Below are positions 1 through 14,600 of a DNA stretch of 64,000 bases, piece by piece. Both the position numbers and the translations under genes were made by a program. Position 1 is the first letter of the stretch; each line of letters begins with the position of its first letter. This stretch comes from Eledone cirrhosa. Its lineage: Eukaryota. The notes under the pieces are model-generated. The model searched no databases, was not told the DNA's origin, and saw only the letters and a program-made list of their open reading frames with translations. Where the stretch lies: NCBI GenBank assembly GCA_964016885.1, contig OZ024743.1, forward strand, positions 273,420,001 through 273,484,000, given 5' to 3'.

Positions 1-129
1 ATTTTATCCAGGATTGGGATCATGTTGAAAATTGAATATATTTCTGATCAAATTACCGAAGATATATATCTTCCAAGTACATATATTACTTGACAATTCC
101 CTTAACCTCTTAATCAATAGTTCTCTCAT

Positions 130-520
130 CCCTGACCCCCAACCAATCATCATATGTTGCAGGTTTCCGTGTCCTCATCTGTCACTCTAACCAAATAACA
201 ACTAGGTTACACAGACTTAACTACTCCTTCCACGTCGTTGATCAATTCACTTCTACATAAAGAAAACTGTTCTTTACTGTATAAAGTGTCAACAATATAA
301 TATGATCTATATTTGAGAAACTGAGAGGATACAGGCAGACCGATTTAGAGGGACTTTCCTTATTTCGTCAAAATCAACACGACCAGATCACGTCGTTGCT
401 GTAATTTTATATCACCAATCTACCATCTCCACGTTGCATAGGAAAGAACAACGTTGTTTCTTCTACAATCAGCATATGAAAAATGAACTTGCATTTCTTT
501 AGTAACATTGCTTCTTCGAA
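130..520 (+). pseudogene. Decayed GIY-YIG endonuclease fragment of a Neptune-like PLE
   Basis: Manual translation across frameshifts gives SFHVVDQFT.. VLYCIKCQQYNMIYI*ETERIQADRF..PDHVVA, matching the PLE pattern VIYCIxCxxC..YIGETxRxLxDRFxEH..PVA.HF. Confidence 0.55.
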
Positions 521-1107
521 ACTCCGACCATCGCTCTCACTTCACCTATCACACAGGAAATCCATACATCAGCATACATCATTCACAACAGCTATATACC
601 AACGTGCACACGTACCTACACGTACAGGCATGGCAGATATGCTGTTGGTGCTGAGCATACCTTAGTTTCTATGAGGAGTGTTCCAGCTATTTTATCAATG
701 GTACAATATTCTCATGAACTCATACGTTGCTGCGTATTTCACAGACGTGAGTAAACTTAACACATTTCTCAGGCAGTTTCAGCATGTCATAAGTGTGAAG
801 AGGCTGCCCCACTCGTTATATCCAGATGCAACTCCTTTCTGCCAGCTATATAACATGAATCAACTGGATCAAAGTACCTTACCTAAAGATAATACGTTGC
901 CACGTATCAAATTCATGACTTAATAATCGTTAACTTAAACACACTAACCACATTACACGTGTCTTTAACCCTGACATAAATACATGCAATGTCACACACA
1001 TTTATCTGCAAAAGCACGCGTAACGGACTTGTTTTCCATATCATTCACTTTCACATACATCAAGGGTTTTGTTTTCTCCAATTACCTCACATTATTAACT
1101 TCTCTTT

Positions 1108-1170
1108 AGATAAAATAAAGTACCTGTAATGTACTGGATAATTGCCGGCCTTGTGCCAAAAGTAGAAACA
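1108..1170 (+). mobile_element. 5'-truncated tRNA-derived SINE (family A) with 17-bp target-site duplication
   Basis: Matches the 3' end of the fuller copies (gataaaataaagtacc...ggccttgtgccaaaagtagaaaca); flanked by attattaacttctcttt at 1091-1107 and 1171-1187. Confidence 0.85.
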
Positions 1171-1815
1171 ATTATTAACTTCTCTTTTGTTGGGAAGTAC
1201 TTTTTATATCACGTCTCTCTTTATGTTATAAAACTTTCCGTACAGAAGATGCTCTTTTATCGTCTCCCTCGTTTGGTAATCATTCTTTAGACTGTAAACT
1301 TGCGAATCCGTTCGATGAACTTCTGTCTGGCATTCATGCATGCAACTCATCGAATTAAACGGTAATATCACAACTTTGCTTTGATGGAAATTTTATAACA
1401 CCGATTTTTATTTGAGCTATATCTTAATACATTGTTATTTCTTAAATGGTTTGTGGTACCTTTTATGAAATAAATTTGGTAATCTCTGTTTAATGCATAC
1501 TTTTCATTTAAACTGTGAGTTTTTAAAAAGATATTGAGGCTGTCACCCCTAATAGATAGATCAACCACAGAGTACTCGAACGGTTAAATCAATTTATTTA
1601 GCCAACCGTACCAACATTTTGCGAATTATTATGTGTTTGATCTGGTAGCTGCCGTAGCCAGAATCTACCCTTAATCACTCTCGGTTTAAACGAAACGAAA
1701 GTGTGCATCAAACAAAGATGGCGTTAGTAGATTAGTTTCGTAGAAAGTAGCACAAACAATTTAAAACATTAAATTGTATTAGAATATAGCTGAAATAATA
1801 ATTTGACTAGGGAAT

Positions 1816-1851
1816 AATATATATATATACATGTGTGAGTGTGTGTGTGTG

Positions 1852-1935
<84 letters not shown>

Positions 1936-2010
1936 TGAGTGAGTGAGTGAGTGAGTGTGTGTACGTGTGTGTGTGAGTGAGTGAGTGAGTGAGTGAGTGT
2001 GTGTGTATGT
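1816..2010. repeat. Compound microsatellite (TA)n-(GT)n-(GA)n-(GAGT)n
   Basis: Directly visible. Confidence 0.95.
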
Positions 2011-3564
2011 AAATGATTGCTAGTAAGTTGGAACTAACTTAACTATCTCATAATTTAATGATATTCAGTAGGAGTCATATATTTAACAATTACAATTTTG
2101 AAGAAGCTCCTATTAAATAGACTAATATTTCCAATAAGAAGATTAAACTCCTAAATGTAGATCAATGTAGAAGCTATACTTAGGGGGACGTCTTTATGTG
2201 CGCCCAAAGCTGACTAAAACCAACTGGCAAATCTGTAAAAATGTCACGTAATATTTTGTTTATCATGTACTAAATTAGTTTGATCTAATTAAACTTTAAC
2301 TGACAACATATACAGCATTGGTATTAACACTTTCTATATCAACCAAGTAATATCATCCACCAAGTAATATCATCAGTGTAAATATATCTATTTCTCTTGA
2401 TGATACCGTTCACTTGTCTATATATCATTGTTTCTTCCATCCCCACTCACATATTACCACACAAATTTCACTATTACACAAACCTCCTACTTATATTCCA
2501 TGTCCCTTAACCACAATTTCTCTTGCTAACAAGTGTATTCCATATATATCATAAACCTTTCCTGTACTCTCAATACCTTCCCCGTCATCCCTAATATTTT
2601 GCAGATATTTGTGAATATATATCATCTCTACATCATCTTAATGTTTCGTTTAACTATTTTGCATGCATTACAAAACGATTGTTTCATATCAGTATTTACC
2701 TTCATTTGGCAATCACATCCATCCATAAAACACTTTCTTTTAATTGTATCTGCCCGCATTACGATACCCTCTATGTACTCATGACCGGTGCCTGGGTACT
2801 TAGCACCCAAGGAAAGCCTTACAACGCGCATAGCTTCGTCCAGATATGCACCCCATTCCTCCAAATGAAATAATTTTAAATTACAGTTAGGCTAGCTAAC
2901 ACATCTTTTGTATAACCTTTCTGCCTCTGATCACATGAATGACTGTTATTAAACCTGTATTTCCTATGACAAAGTCTAGGATCGCAAACACCAAAATACG
3001 TTACACTTTATAACACTATACGACTCTCTCAACTAGTTTGTGCACTCTCTCAACGCTTCTACGCGACAATTATCTTTAATGATTTATTTATTGATCCCAG
3101 AAAACAATTATGATACTTATACAACGTTTTATAAAACTGTAGTTCTTTAATCTTCAGCAATACGCCACTCTGAGTTCTGCACCAAACAGAGCTCCCTAGT
3201 TGGGCTAATAGTAACATCAGCCCTGTATATGTCATCATCCCTCATAAACAATGTAACTAAGTGTATTTCCTTATCTTCTGCCATTTTCAACAAAGAAAGT
3301 ATTTCATACAATAGGCAGACCACTAACACAACTAAAACAATACATCAGATGTCACGGTTGAATTATCCCAATAAAATGTTCTACTTATTTCAAAGAACAT
3401 TAGGCTGCAGCTGCTTTTGACATTTTCAGCAGTTAAAGTAAAATTTGAAGTACCCCTATATGATGTTATGTCAACCGTAAATAGGAGAGATGGAAACACA
3501 GAAGTGTGAGTGTATTTGTGTGTGTGTGTGTATGTGTGTGTGTATTTGTATGTGTGTGTGGAGA

Positions 3565-3597
<33 letters not shown>

Positions 3598-5926
3598 GGA
3601 GAGAGAAAGAGAGAGAGAGAGTAGCACAGAACGAGATAAACAAGACATTATGATTATTATTACTCTCTTTCTCTCGTGAAATGTTAATGCTAAACTACAT
3701 TATGTCTCCAGAGACAAAATATTGAAAACAATTTAATGGTCATTGAAAACAACCACGACGACGACGATGATGATCTCTTATAGTGGCACAAACCCTATAG
3801 AAAGCGAATTACATTCGATTGGATTACAAATTAGTACTCGACATGTATTTTTTCAACGCAGGATGGGAGGAAAGCAAAGTTGACAAGAAATGTTATAAAG
3901 GAGGAAAATATATATGATACACTTTGACTGGTACCTTTATTCTTGACCCAGAGATTAAGGCAAAATTATCCTCTGTGTTTTGAATTCGGTTATTTAATTG
4001 AATACAACAAAATGATGCCTGATGCTTTTGTAAATTGCTATATCTATACTACAGACTAAAAGAACACTCTCTAGCAGAGACAGAAAGCAACATATTTCGT
4101 GGGTGGGGGACACTCGGATAAATTGACATCAATACTTGATATGTAATTATTTCATATATAGGTGTGAAACATATTTATGATCTGGGGTATATAATGTGTC
4201 TTTAATAACATACAGAGATATATATTATATACTGAATAGTCGTAATATTACTGTTATGATTGTTGATGCTGAGCTACTGATCAGACAGCCCTATAAGTAA
4301 AAGCACTCCAGTCGTGATATTTTCGTTTGTTGTTCGGTTTACATCATCTGATGTTGCATGCTAATATTAAGAATGTAACGTAAGGTGAGATCTTAGAGAA
4401 ACCTAGCTGCTGTTAATTACAGATCGAACCGTCATAGTAACGCGATATAATCACTGGATGTAGAAACAGTACATATTGGAAGCGTAATATAAAATGCCAA
4501 CTTGTCGATCATTTATTTGATATAGAAACATGTCACATATAATTTTGTCAATATGTTAAAATTATTTTGAACTTTCAACAAATATTTGAAGTCAGCTTCA
4601 AGCAATATTACAATACAATGTATTCCTATGTTAGCCACTGTTGTTGCTTGGACCTAGGTAGCCCCTATCCAGAATATATTTTATCAAATTTAGTCCAATC
4701 CAAACAATTCCATTGATTCTTTTTCTCTTTTCATGCATTGTATAACTAGTAATTCATTGCTCGATTTATATTTCCCCTTCTGAAAACGTCAGGCTTCTTC
4801 GTATTGTAGTAAGTTGTAGCCTTCTGGGTAATGTTACGATATTTATATTTGGTATACTTGGCCTTTCCAGATATGCATTCAATATTAATTTAAATTCTCC
4901 TATCATTGGTTAAAACTTCTCATGAAACAATAAAGCGTCTTTAATTATGTTAAATTTTAAACACCGAAAATGTTTACTTTTCAAGCTTCAGTTTCAACCC
5001 AGACTCCCAGCTTATCGCAGTATTTTTACATTAGTTTTCTCAAATTAGTTTTTTACATACATTTCAAATATGATTGTATTTAGTTCAAAGAGTGGATATT
5101 TTATTGAAGTTCTGTAATGCCTGAATTGTTTTCTATGTTCAATCATAAAATACATTCCTTTACATTTCCGCCTGCTACACTGTACATGATGGATGTTATG
5201 CTTTATTGTACAAATATTCCCTTGGCCATCTCGACTGTCTTCCATATCTCATTGCGTATCATACATATGTTTTCCTGAGACTAGAATTGAAAGCAGTTGT
5301 CTCGAAAACCTATTCAAGAACAGAAGAAAAATTAAGTAGACATATTTAAGCGTCTTAAAATATATGAAAGATATGAAAAGGTTATATTAAATGTATTAAT
5401 GTCATCGCCGTTATGTAAAAGTTCAATCATAATCCCTATATCCATCCAAGCATTTGTATTTGGAATAAATGTTGTGTTTATACATTTAAATTTCTGGCAA
5501 ACAATTTCAAAATATTACCTTGTTCTATCATCAACATAACTTGATCACATTGAATGTCTATATTGTCATTAGACGCACAATACAATGTGGATACGAGCCA
5601 TTAATAAATTAATACACAGATATTGCATTGTTTCAATGATGTCTGCATGAAGCAACATAGCATATTGTAATATAATGTGCACTCTTTCTATATTGATTTC
5701 CGATAAACATTTACGAAAACCGATTCGGAAATTTGGATGAAGCCATTGGTTGCCATTTCTACCGATCAAATTGCTTTCTTCCAAATATCTATTAAATATG
5801 ATTCAATGCATTCAAATATAATCTGAAGTAATTCAAGTAATATTTTCTAGCGATGGAAGAATATAGAAAGGTAGAAATATATTTTTATTGATCAAAGAAT
5901 TGCAACGAGTTCATATATTTTACTTT

Positions 5927-6069
<143 letters not shown>

Positions 6070-6289
6070 AAAGAAAGAGAGAGTATGTTAGCTTTCCATA
6101 AGCTGCTACACCGCAGGTTTGACTAGAATATAGTGGAAGAAATTTAGCATAAAAACCTTAAACACCTGTCTACGGTAAACGACGTCGCATCTGCAACATG
6201 ACGGATAGTTGCTTATCATTACATCGAAACAAACTAACTCCTTTACAGGTCTCGTTGAAACCATATATTTCAACCAGTATATGTCAGAA

Positions 6290-6462
6290 AAATATTCCCT
6301 TCTAACATATTTCCAGAGGGGGGTAAACTGGGTACAGAAATGGGATCTAGTTTCCAACTTAGAGCTATAATGTCTTTTGGCTCTAGCAACTTCCTTACGC
6401 GTTATTTTCTTGCTTGTGACCTCAATCAATTCGTCTTCATTTTCTATCCAGATCCACAGCAA
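6290..6462 (-). pseudogene. Possible old non-LTR retrotransposon ORF2 fragment (APE-RT linker)
   Basis: RKEVARAKRHYSSKLE...PLWKYV resembles the IxxAKxxYxxKLE...LWK linker of CR1/L2/Rex-type ORF2; no other motif seen. Confidence 0.3.
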
Positions 6463-7139
6463 CTTTGTAAATATTATGATAATCTATAACATAGTTCTTC
6501 ATGATTCTTAAGACTGACTTAATCTACATGGATTATGAAAATTATAAAAATGATTTCTCCTTATGTAAGCGCCAGAACTTTATATAAAACACCAAAATAT
6601 ACTACTGGATCATAAATTGATATCTAGATGCCAAATAACTGAAAGATCATATGCCCATTACAAACCGTAAATATTTTAGTTATATATAGTATCAAAACTT
6701 TATAATTTTGCTATTATTACTGCCGTAATTTAGGGCATACTTTGATTCCGTGAAAGGTCTTACATATGTATGGTTCAAATTTCAATGTGTATCATCATCT
6801 AAGTTTGCTTGGTGTAATATGCATATTTAAAGAATAGAAAATGCACATCATCGAACGAAGGGCCTTGTGTGTATTTACGATCTTTTACACTGATTTCCAA
6901 TGCAGTCATGGCTACTTGGTTGGTTTCCTCATAGATCAATCCCACTGGTTACCACCTTAGGTAAATATATTATCGAATCATTCCAGCTTTCAGGTTATAA
7001 AATAAATCCGTCATCTTGTTTAAAACCACTACATGATCCTAGTGTGACTTTAGCGGAGCCCACTCTATTGCAAGCATATGACTCAAATCTAAGAATACCT
7101 TCTCTCTCCTCATCTCCCTATAATGTTTGTTTCTGATTT

Positions 7140-7302
7140 AGGAACAAGGACAGCAATTTGGGGGTAGGAGAAATTCGTGATTGGTAATTTAGTTTATCGA
7201 CCACCATGATAATGAAAGGCAACGCTACCTCGCGTGATTTGAATTCATATGACAAAGGAGTGTAACACAAAGCATGTTCTTCGCCGCTCTATCGATACCG
7301 CC
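7140..7302 (-). mobile_element. Old diverged copy of SINE family A
   Basis: acaaggacagcaattt...tttatcgacc...atgaaaggcaa...gatttgaattca...ctctatcgataccgcc aligns loosely with the young copies. Confidence 0.55.
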
Positions 7303-8284
7303 TCTTTATCTCCCTAAAATAATAAGCTCTGTAATATTTCACTGATGGCCATTTGCCCCTACTGACGAAGCCTGATAATCATATATCTAACTAAAGATGT
7401 ATTGTATCTCGCTACAATTTATTTATTTGTCTTACAACACACACCTAGAAATAATAGCAACCTGTCCATGTCTTTGATACCAGTAAGATGTATTTAAAAT
7501 AAAAGCAGCAATGTTTAAGAAAAGAATTAACTGATGCTCGTAAAATGAATTGATTAACAGATCTATGAAATATTGATTTATATAATTTATCTATATAAAC
7601 AATTTAAAACAACTACCCAACAAAATCATTTTCAGACTTTTTCATTTTCGAAACTTTTCTCTTGAACTTACTTAAGAACTGAGGCCAATTGTCTGTTTTA
7701 AATATCCGTGTACTGTTTTAAATCTATGCTATTTGATTTGAATATGAATATATTTTTAGAATGCTTTCTTTCTTACTGTATTGCATTAGTTTCAACATAT
7801 GTTTTCAGAGCATACGAATCGCCAGACAATTACAACAGCAAACATCCAGGGTAATTTACTGCTGTATTAAACAATTGCAAGATTTATTGTGACACATGTC
7901 TAGAGATTAATATATTTTCGTAAATCTCAGCCCTTTATTTCAGAAACTTTCATCTCAGTAGAATATGCAACGATTAAATTAATCACAATTCAAAATTCAG
8001 CGTGTAAAAACTTATGACGGATGTGTTTTTTAAATCACGCAATATTAAAGAATGCAACATTAATTGAATACACTCGATTTTGAACTCTGAATTTGGTCGT
8101 TCGAAAGGAAATTCAATGCATTTACTCCAGTACACAATTAATTTGGCAAACACAGTATAATTGTATTGGTACTTCAAGACTAGGGACCGACAATATAAGT
8201 AATTTTCATTTTATCACATATGTAAATATTATAGCTTGTCTCACTGAAACGAAATGTAGCTGACGATTTTATTTATTTTTTCAG

Positions 8285-8481
8285 GTGGTCTCGAAATATC
8301 GTTCCATAATGGCGGATTTTCGTCGAAGTATGGGTGATGTATTAGGAGCGACTGCGAGGCCACAATCACCTCTAAAGCAACGCAGAGGAAAGAAGAAATC
8401 AGAAGAAAGATATATAAGCAAATTGGACAAACAAGCCGACGAGGAAGCATTTACATTTCCTAAAGAACACGAAAATATAAA
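8285..8481 (+). CDS. Probable coding exon of an unidentified host gene (likely first coding exon, ATG 8309: MADFRRSMGDVLGATARPQSPLKQRRGKKKSEERYISKLDKQADEEAFTFPKEHENI)
   Basis: Strong acceptor tttatttatttttcag|G and donor AA|gtaagt; open frame; higher GC than the flanks; ATG in ataATGg context; basic RRGKKK stretch. Confidence 0.65.
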
Positions 8482-11400
8482 GTAAGTCCTCATGATACAT
8501 TTGTTTCGTTTAGATTTATATGATTTCTTACATTCTGCTCATAGTCCTTGTGTTGTATTTTATTCCCGTAAATGTGTAAATGTGCCCTCTAAATTTCTCG
8601 ATTTCTATTTACATTTGAAGAATTAAATGGTATTTGTAGTTCTCTTCTTAGAGCCGTTCGGTTGTATTTCGCTATTATATCTGATTTCTAAGGATTCTTT
8701 GAAACATTTCTTCGGGATTTATTGTGAAAGTAATCTATTTTAACTAGAACAGACATGATTAAGCTTTAATGGGAATTTACTTACTATTCAATTACTGTTT
8801 GCCTATATGCAGTCTTATCGATTAGGCTTTAATGTATGTTTGTGTAGTACATCACAAAATCTGTTATATCAATTATGTTAACCAACTCTTCAATGACCAG
8901 AACGGTAAAAATAGAATGATTTGTAGGCATGCATATAACTTTCTGTATACCTTAGAAAGCAATAATGAAATCTAAAGCACATCTTAGAAATGTTTTTCAT
9001 CAGCTTGCATTCTTGCAGCACAAATATTATTTGTATTATTGTTATGATTGTCATGTGGTCGAGAGATTAGTGATATTATTGAACTTTACTTTCGTTAAAT
9101 CTTCTCTTAGACATATTGGGATGAAATATTTTATCAAGCTGTATTATCTATCGAAATCGAGCAAATGAAATGGATTGTTATCAAAATTAATTCACCGGCA
9201 AATCGGAGCCGTATTGCTAAGCGAAATAATTTTATTTAGCAGACCACTCTGAAACAATAGAGAAACTAGAAAGAAGATAAAAATGACCAAAACTCATCGC
9301 TCACGTTTGATAGATTAACATTCATTACAACGTAGGATAAATATCTAGTAGCATTTGCTACAACTGTCTACAACCTTACTTCAAATACAACCGGGACCAG
9401 CTTTGCCTTTGATACTACCACAGTCATTCAAAAATAAAAAGAGCATCAAAAGTGATGGGTCGGCGAAATTGTTATTGTCGAGCGAAATACCACGTCTCCA
9501 GTTTGAAGATACCTTTTTTGCATTAGTGATCATGCCTCCCACCTGATTAAACAGTGAATGTTTCTCACAGAAAGGCAGATAAGAAACGAGCCTATTGTTC
9601 AAGAATATTTCAAAAATATTGAGACTTTTTAAATTGGAAAATCTAAATAGATCTCTGAAACCCGGCTCACCGAATTAGGGTATTCATGAAAATCAATGGG
9701 ATAAAGTATGTCACAAACCTGGACCTTTAAATTACAGGTACTATTTATCCGAAAGTCTTTCGCACTGCAGCCGTCTACCCAATTTCACTTCCAAACGTCT
9801 GGTCTACTCGAGGCTGGAGAACTGTTATGTGCAGGAAACGACTCAGATTGGAATCGAAACCGGGCACTTACAGCTGCGAAAAGAATAGTTCAACCTTCGG
9901 CCATGCTACGTGCGTTGCAACAATACATATTCAGGAAATCTCTTTTTGAGATAAGAGTTTTGCAGCTTCAACAATGTAGTGGCTAATTTCGTGTACAATT
10001 TTATATAGCAAATTAGTGATTCCTTCTCGACTCCTCTAAGAAAATGTAAAAAGATAAAAAGATTCGAGTTGATGAGCTAGTTCATTAGTGCAAAATATAT
10101 TCTCAACCTTGAAATAAGTCAGCTTATTGTGGCCGAAAACAATTTTAGTTTATTCTTTTATTAACAATTATATAAGAATAAAATTCCAACTTAAATCTGG
10201 CTGACTGATATGAAAGGCAATATGGTAAACGCATTCGAATTCGGGATCACCACAAGTTTCACCGTTGGCTATATCCTCAACCCCGGAATCTCAACGTAGC
10301 TACTTGGTCCCCAGATGTAGTAGCGTCTCTCTCATTAAACCGTACACAATTAATATATGAGGCATTGCCTAGTTGCATCTACTACATATTTGATTATAGC
10401 TCTACTTTGTTATGACTGATATGGGGTTAATAAATAACCTTATATTCATACATAAGCTCTTTTGGCATGAGAAGAGAATAATAAACTTTAATATTTCGGG
10501 TCAAACCCCTGCATCACTGAAACGATGAGAAGGTTATTTAAAGATTACATATAGTGCTAAAGTTCTTTATGTCTTGGTTGAACATATCTGTGATCAAGCA
10601 AATATTATTTTCTAGGATAATGCATCTAGATTATCATACATTTAAAGTAAAATGTCACACAGCAATTTGCAACTAATTATCAACCACTTTTCACATGATT
10701 TCCACTACTTCTGTATATCAGTGTAAGTTCGTTCATGAACAGCAATTTAATCTGGAAGTTAGTTATCAATACATATGTAGGATTATATATATATAAGGTA
10801 ATTTTGTACAGAATCCCAAAGGAATAGATTTAATTTGTTTATATTTGGTTGTGAATTAAATCTCATAATATACTAGCTATAGATTAATACTAGGAATAAC
10901 CTCAGGTTAACAGCAGGGAATAGAATGTAATGAATCTGTAAGAAATATGGCTACATTTGCTTAACGGCATATAATTTGTGTAGAAAAAAATATAAGCGAA
11001 GAGGGTTTTTTAATAAGAGCTAATAACATGTTTTTGCTAAGTTAACCTAACTACTAGACTAATCTGCCTTATCATTATTGGCGTATATATGCTTATCGGG
11101 AAATTACTACCTCTGAAACGGAAATACTGTAAATGAAATATTGATAATCTTCATTCACTTCGCTATTTCATTCTCTTGACTAGGATGACCTGGTAATTTT
11201 TCTAAACACAACTGCACTGAAGAAGCAGGACGGGAAGAACATTAATAATATAGATATATTTTCTTATGTTTATACTGACATTTAGACGTAACTTTTGATT
11301 TCCCGGAGATTAGATGGAACATTTTCAAGATATTTGATAACGGGATTAAATCATGTTTATTATACTATATTTTGGCAAAGTTTGGAAGCATGAAACAACA

Positions 11401-11625
11401 ACAAAAAAGTAATATTACTGTATGTAAATATCTGTTATTTTCAGGAGGGCGATTGGTAGAAATGCGGAAATGCATTCATATCTGAAATATTCAATCAAAC
11501 AAAATTTCCTATTCACTAACGAGAAATATATAGGCAGATAGATACATACACATGCATATTTATCAGCACTGTGAGCACAATTGTGCATCTATTTTCAAAT
11601 ATCTATATATCTATCTATCTATCTA

Positions 11626-14600
11626 CCTCGGAGAAGATAGACGTGTTTATGTTTCGCTCCTGCATTTTGTCGGAATTTATTACGAGAAGCGGTAGGTTTG
11701 TTTAAGTAACTTGTTATTTGTTGTGTTTAAACCCTCGCCTGGGCCTGCAAACGTTGGGTAAAATAAATTTCGCCCTCATTACCGCAAAAGACACCACAGA
11801 ATCAAAAGAAAAAATTGTGGAAATGGGTGAAAACCCCAAATGTAACAATTACACAAACAAGAGCAACAATGACAATAACAACACAACCAACAACAGCACA
11901 ATGACAATAACAACACAACCAACAACAGCAATAATGACAACACCAACAAAGCAAAAAAGCAAGCCAACACGAATAACAACAACAACAATGATAACAACAC
12001 GAAAGAAAACGGACCCACAGCTGCAGTCTCCTCGCACAGGCGGTCCGAGAAACGCAGACATACAAGACACTGGGCATCTCGAATGCCAAGAAATTGCTGA
12101 AAGAAGCAAGGAATTGTGTAACTTTCGGGGAAGGTGGGGAATTCACAATCCCCCCCCCCCCCCGAAGAAATTAGAAGGGACACAGTCCTCAGGACTGTAA
12201 TCTTTAGGACAATTTCGAACACGACTAGGAAACCGGCTCAATTGTCCCAAAGCGAAAGTGAGCTGGTCCTTAGTAGTGCCTGGAAGGATATCGCTTTCAT
12301 ACAGAAAGGGAAACTGTATGGAAGCATATCTGTTTTAATGCAAGATGAATTGGCGGCACGGAAATATTCTGTGTCCCCCAAAGAAAAGACGCTTCTGCCC
12401 ACCCCACACACAACAACACAACCACAACAACACCAACCACAACAACACGAAAAAATAACAACACAAGACACTGTCCCACCCAACCCCTCCCCACCTAAAA
12501 CAAATACAAAAGCAACCATAACAAACCCCCTAAAATATACCCCTCCCCAACAACACGGACGAGGACGAGGACCCCAGTGACGACGAGGGAGAAACCTTTT
12601 AACCTGTAAAAAGAAAGAAAAGAAGCCACAACATTAACAAAAATGCAACAAACACACAACCACCAGCACAAATAGAACAAACATCACAAACAAAAAAACC
12701 CACCCCTCCCGAAAACATAACGCATACTACAAAACGCAAACATACACAAGAACAACAAACAAAAAACAAACACAACACAACAAAAACAGTATGCATACAC
12801 CAACACAAACAACAAAACACTTGTGCAGACAATAGACGAAGACCCTTCGGTGGAAACCGAAGGGAAAATGTTCACCAACGCGGCGACTAAACCGCATTTA
12901 AAAATGATTAGGGTCCCAAAGGACACCTACGCAATGCTCAAACAGAATTTTCCCGGGGACGTGGGGAACCCCTGTACTACACCTAGCAACGCGTTCTCTT
13001 GAAATGTTTCAACACCACCACCCCAGACAATCTCCCCTACCAAACTCCTCCATCCTACCACACACTGATTTCCCCACCACATCCAAAACCACCACCCCAC
13101 TAAACAACCCCGCCGACACCCCCATGGAAATTGTGCAGCATGGTTCCCAGGAGAAGGACAGATAGGTGTATTTTCCTTTTTCTCCACTCTAAACTCTTCA
13201 CCACCAACATGGCTGTTATAAGAGTTGGATGTTTAAATGTGCGCGGCCTGGGTATGTCATGGAAGCAGGGCAAACTCATAAATGACCTCAGGTCGCACGG
13301 AATGGATGTGATAGCTATTTGCGAGTCCAGGATCAGCAGCGAGCACCAACTGGCTCCCATCGTCGACGACTTTGAGATCTATGCATCTCTCTGTCAGCCG
13401 GGGGTGGGAGCGGCGGGGTGGTCGTTCTGCTGCGAAAACACCTGGGTCTCGCACACGGAAGGTACACTTGGATCCGGAAGGTCGACTGGTGGTTCTAGAC
13501 GTCGGCAGTAGTGAAGGTGGAGTCTTCAGGCTGGTGCAGCGTATACCCCATCTGGGACACCACGACCGGACTTGTTCCAGCGCCTAGAGACTTTTCTGGG
13601 AACGTCTCGCTCCTTGCTTTTTGTGGGGGACTGCAATGGTATCCTCGATGCACGTTGGGACATATGTAGGTGCATGTCCCAATAGAGGGGGGTGTAACAG
13701 CCTCAAACGGTTAATCGGCCGATTTGATCCTGCCGATAGATATCGACTAGATTTTACGACTGTGCCACTGTGGACGTGGACTAATCTTAGCGAAACCTCT
13801 ACGTCGTACCTAGATAGGTTCCTAGTTAGAAATAAGGACGGGGCAATTGTCAACAGCAGGTGGCGGGCTCGCTCAAGAGAGAAATTAGAATAGAATCGAT
13901 AGGTTTTAGTCAGGAATTAGCATCAGATAGGAAAAGAACGGAAAGGGAATTGACAGATAGAGTAGAAGAGGCGATCAGGAGTGGCCACGTGGCCAGCGTG
14001 CTGGCGTCAAGAACGGCCCTAGATCAGTTCTTTGACGCGAAGAACGAGGGATGCGCTGTCAGGAGTAAAATACGTGCTCTGGGTAACGAGGGAGCCAAAG
14101 CTGTTAGCTGGGCCCGAGTGACAGAGGCAAAAAGCGTAAACAAGTCCACGATTCGGTCTTTCAAGGACCAGGATGGACGCGTGATCCTTGAACCTGAGCG
14201 GATGTGCGCAGCCTTTCAACGGCGCATTACACGACTGTTCGGGGGGGGGGGGGGGTCAGGCCATGGATTTCGGCCCATACCTCGACGGTCTGCCGCGGCT
14301 CTAGGATGGGGAGGCGAAGTCCTGCGAAAGGCCGATTCCAGCCGCTGAAATAGGGGAAGTGCTGAGCCAATGCGGCAAACACAACTCTCCCGGTCTCGAT
14401 GGTCTACCATACGAACTTTAGGTAGCGATGCCGGATTCTTCGCCGATCTCCGCGAGGCGGTCTACTGCAACTGGCAACAGAACGGGAGAATTCCCAGTTC
14501 TGTGACCAATGTCGTAGTCAAGCTGGTGAGGAAGGACAAGAACAAGGGGATGACATAGATAACTTCAGGCCCATAACTCTGCTAAAAACAGAGTTAAAGA

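Noticed and set aside
11779-12926. Minus-strand Cys/Val/Leu-rich membrane-protein-like ORFs (also 50240-50704)
   Set aside because: Antisense reading of ACA-rich low-complexity ORF1-like sequence.
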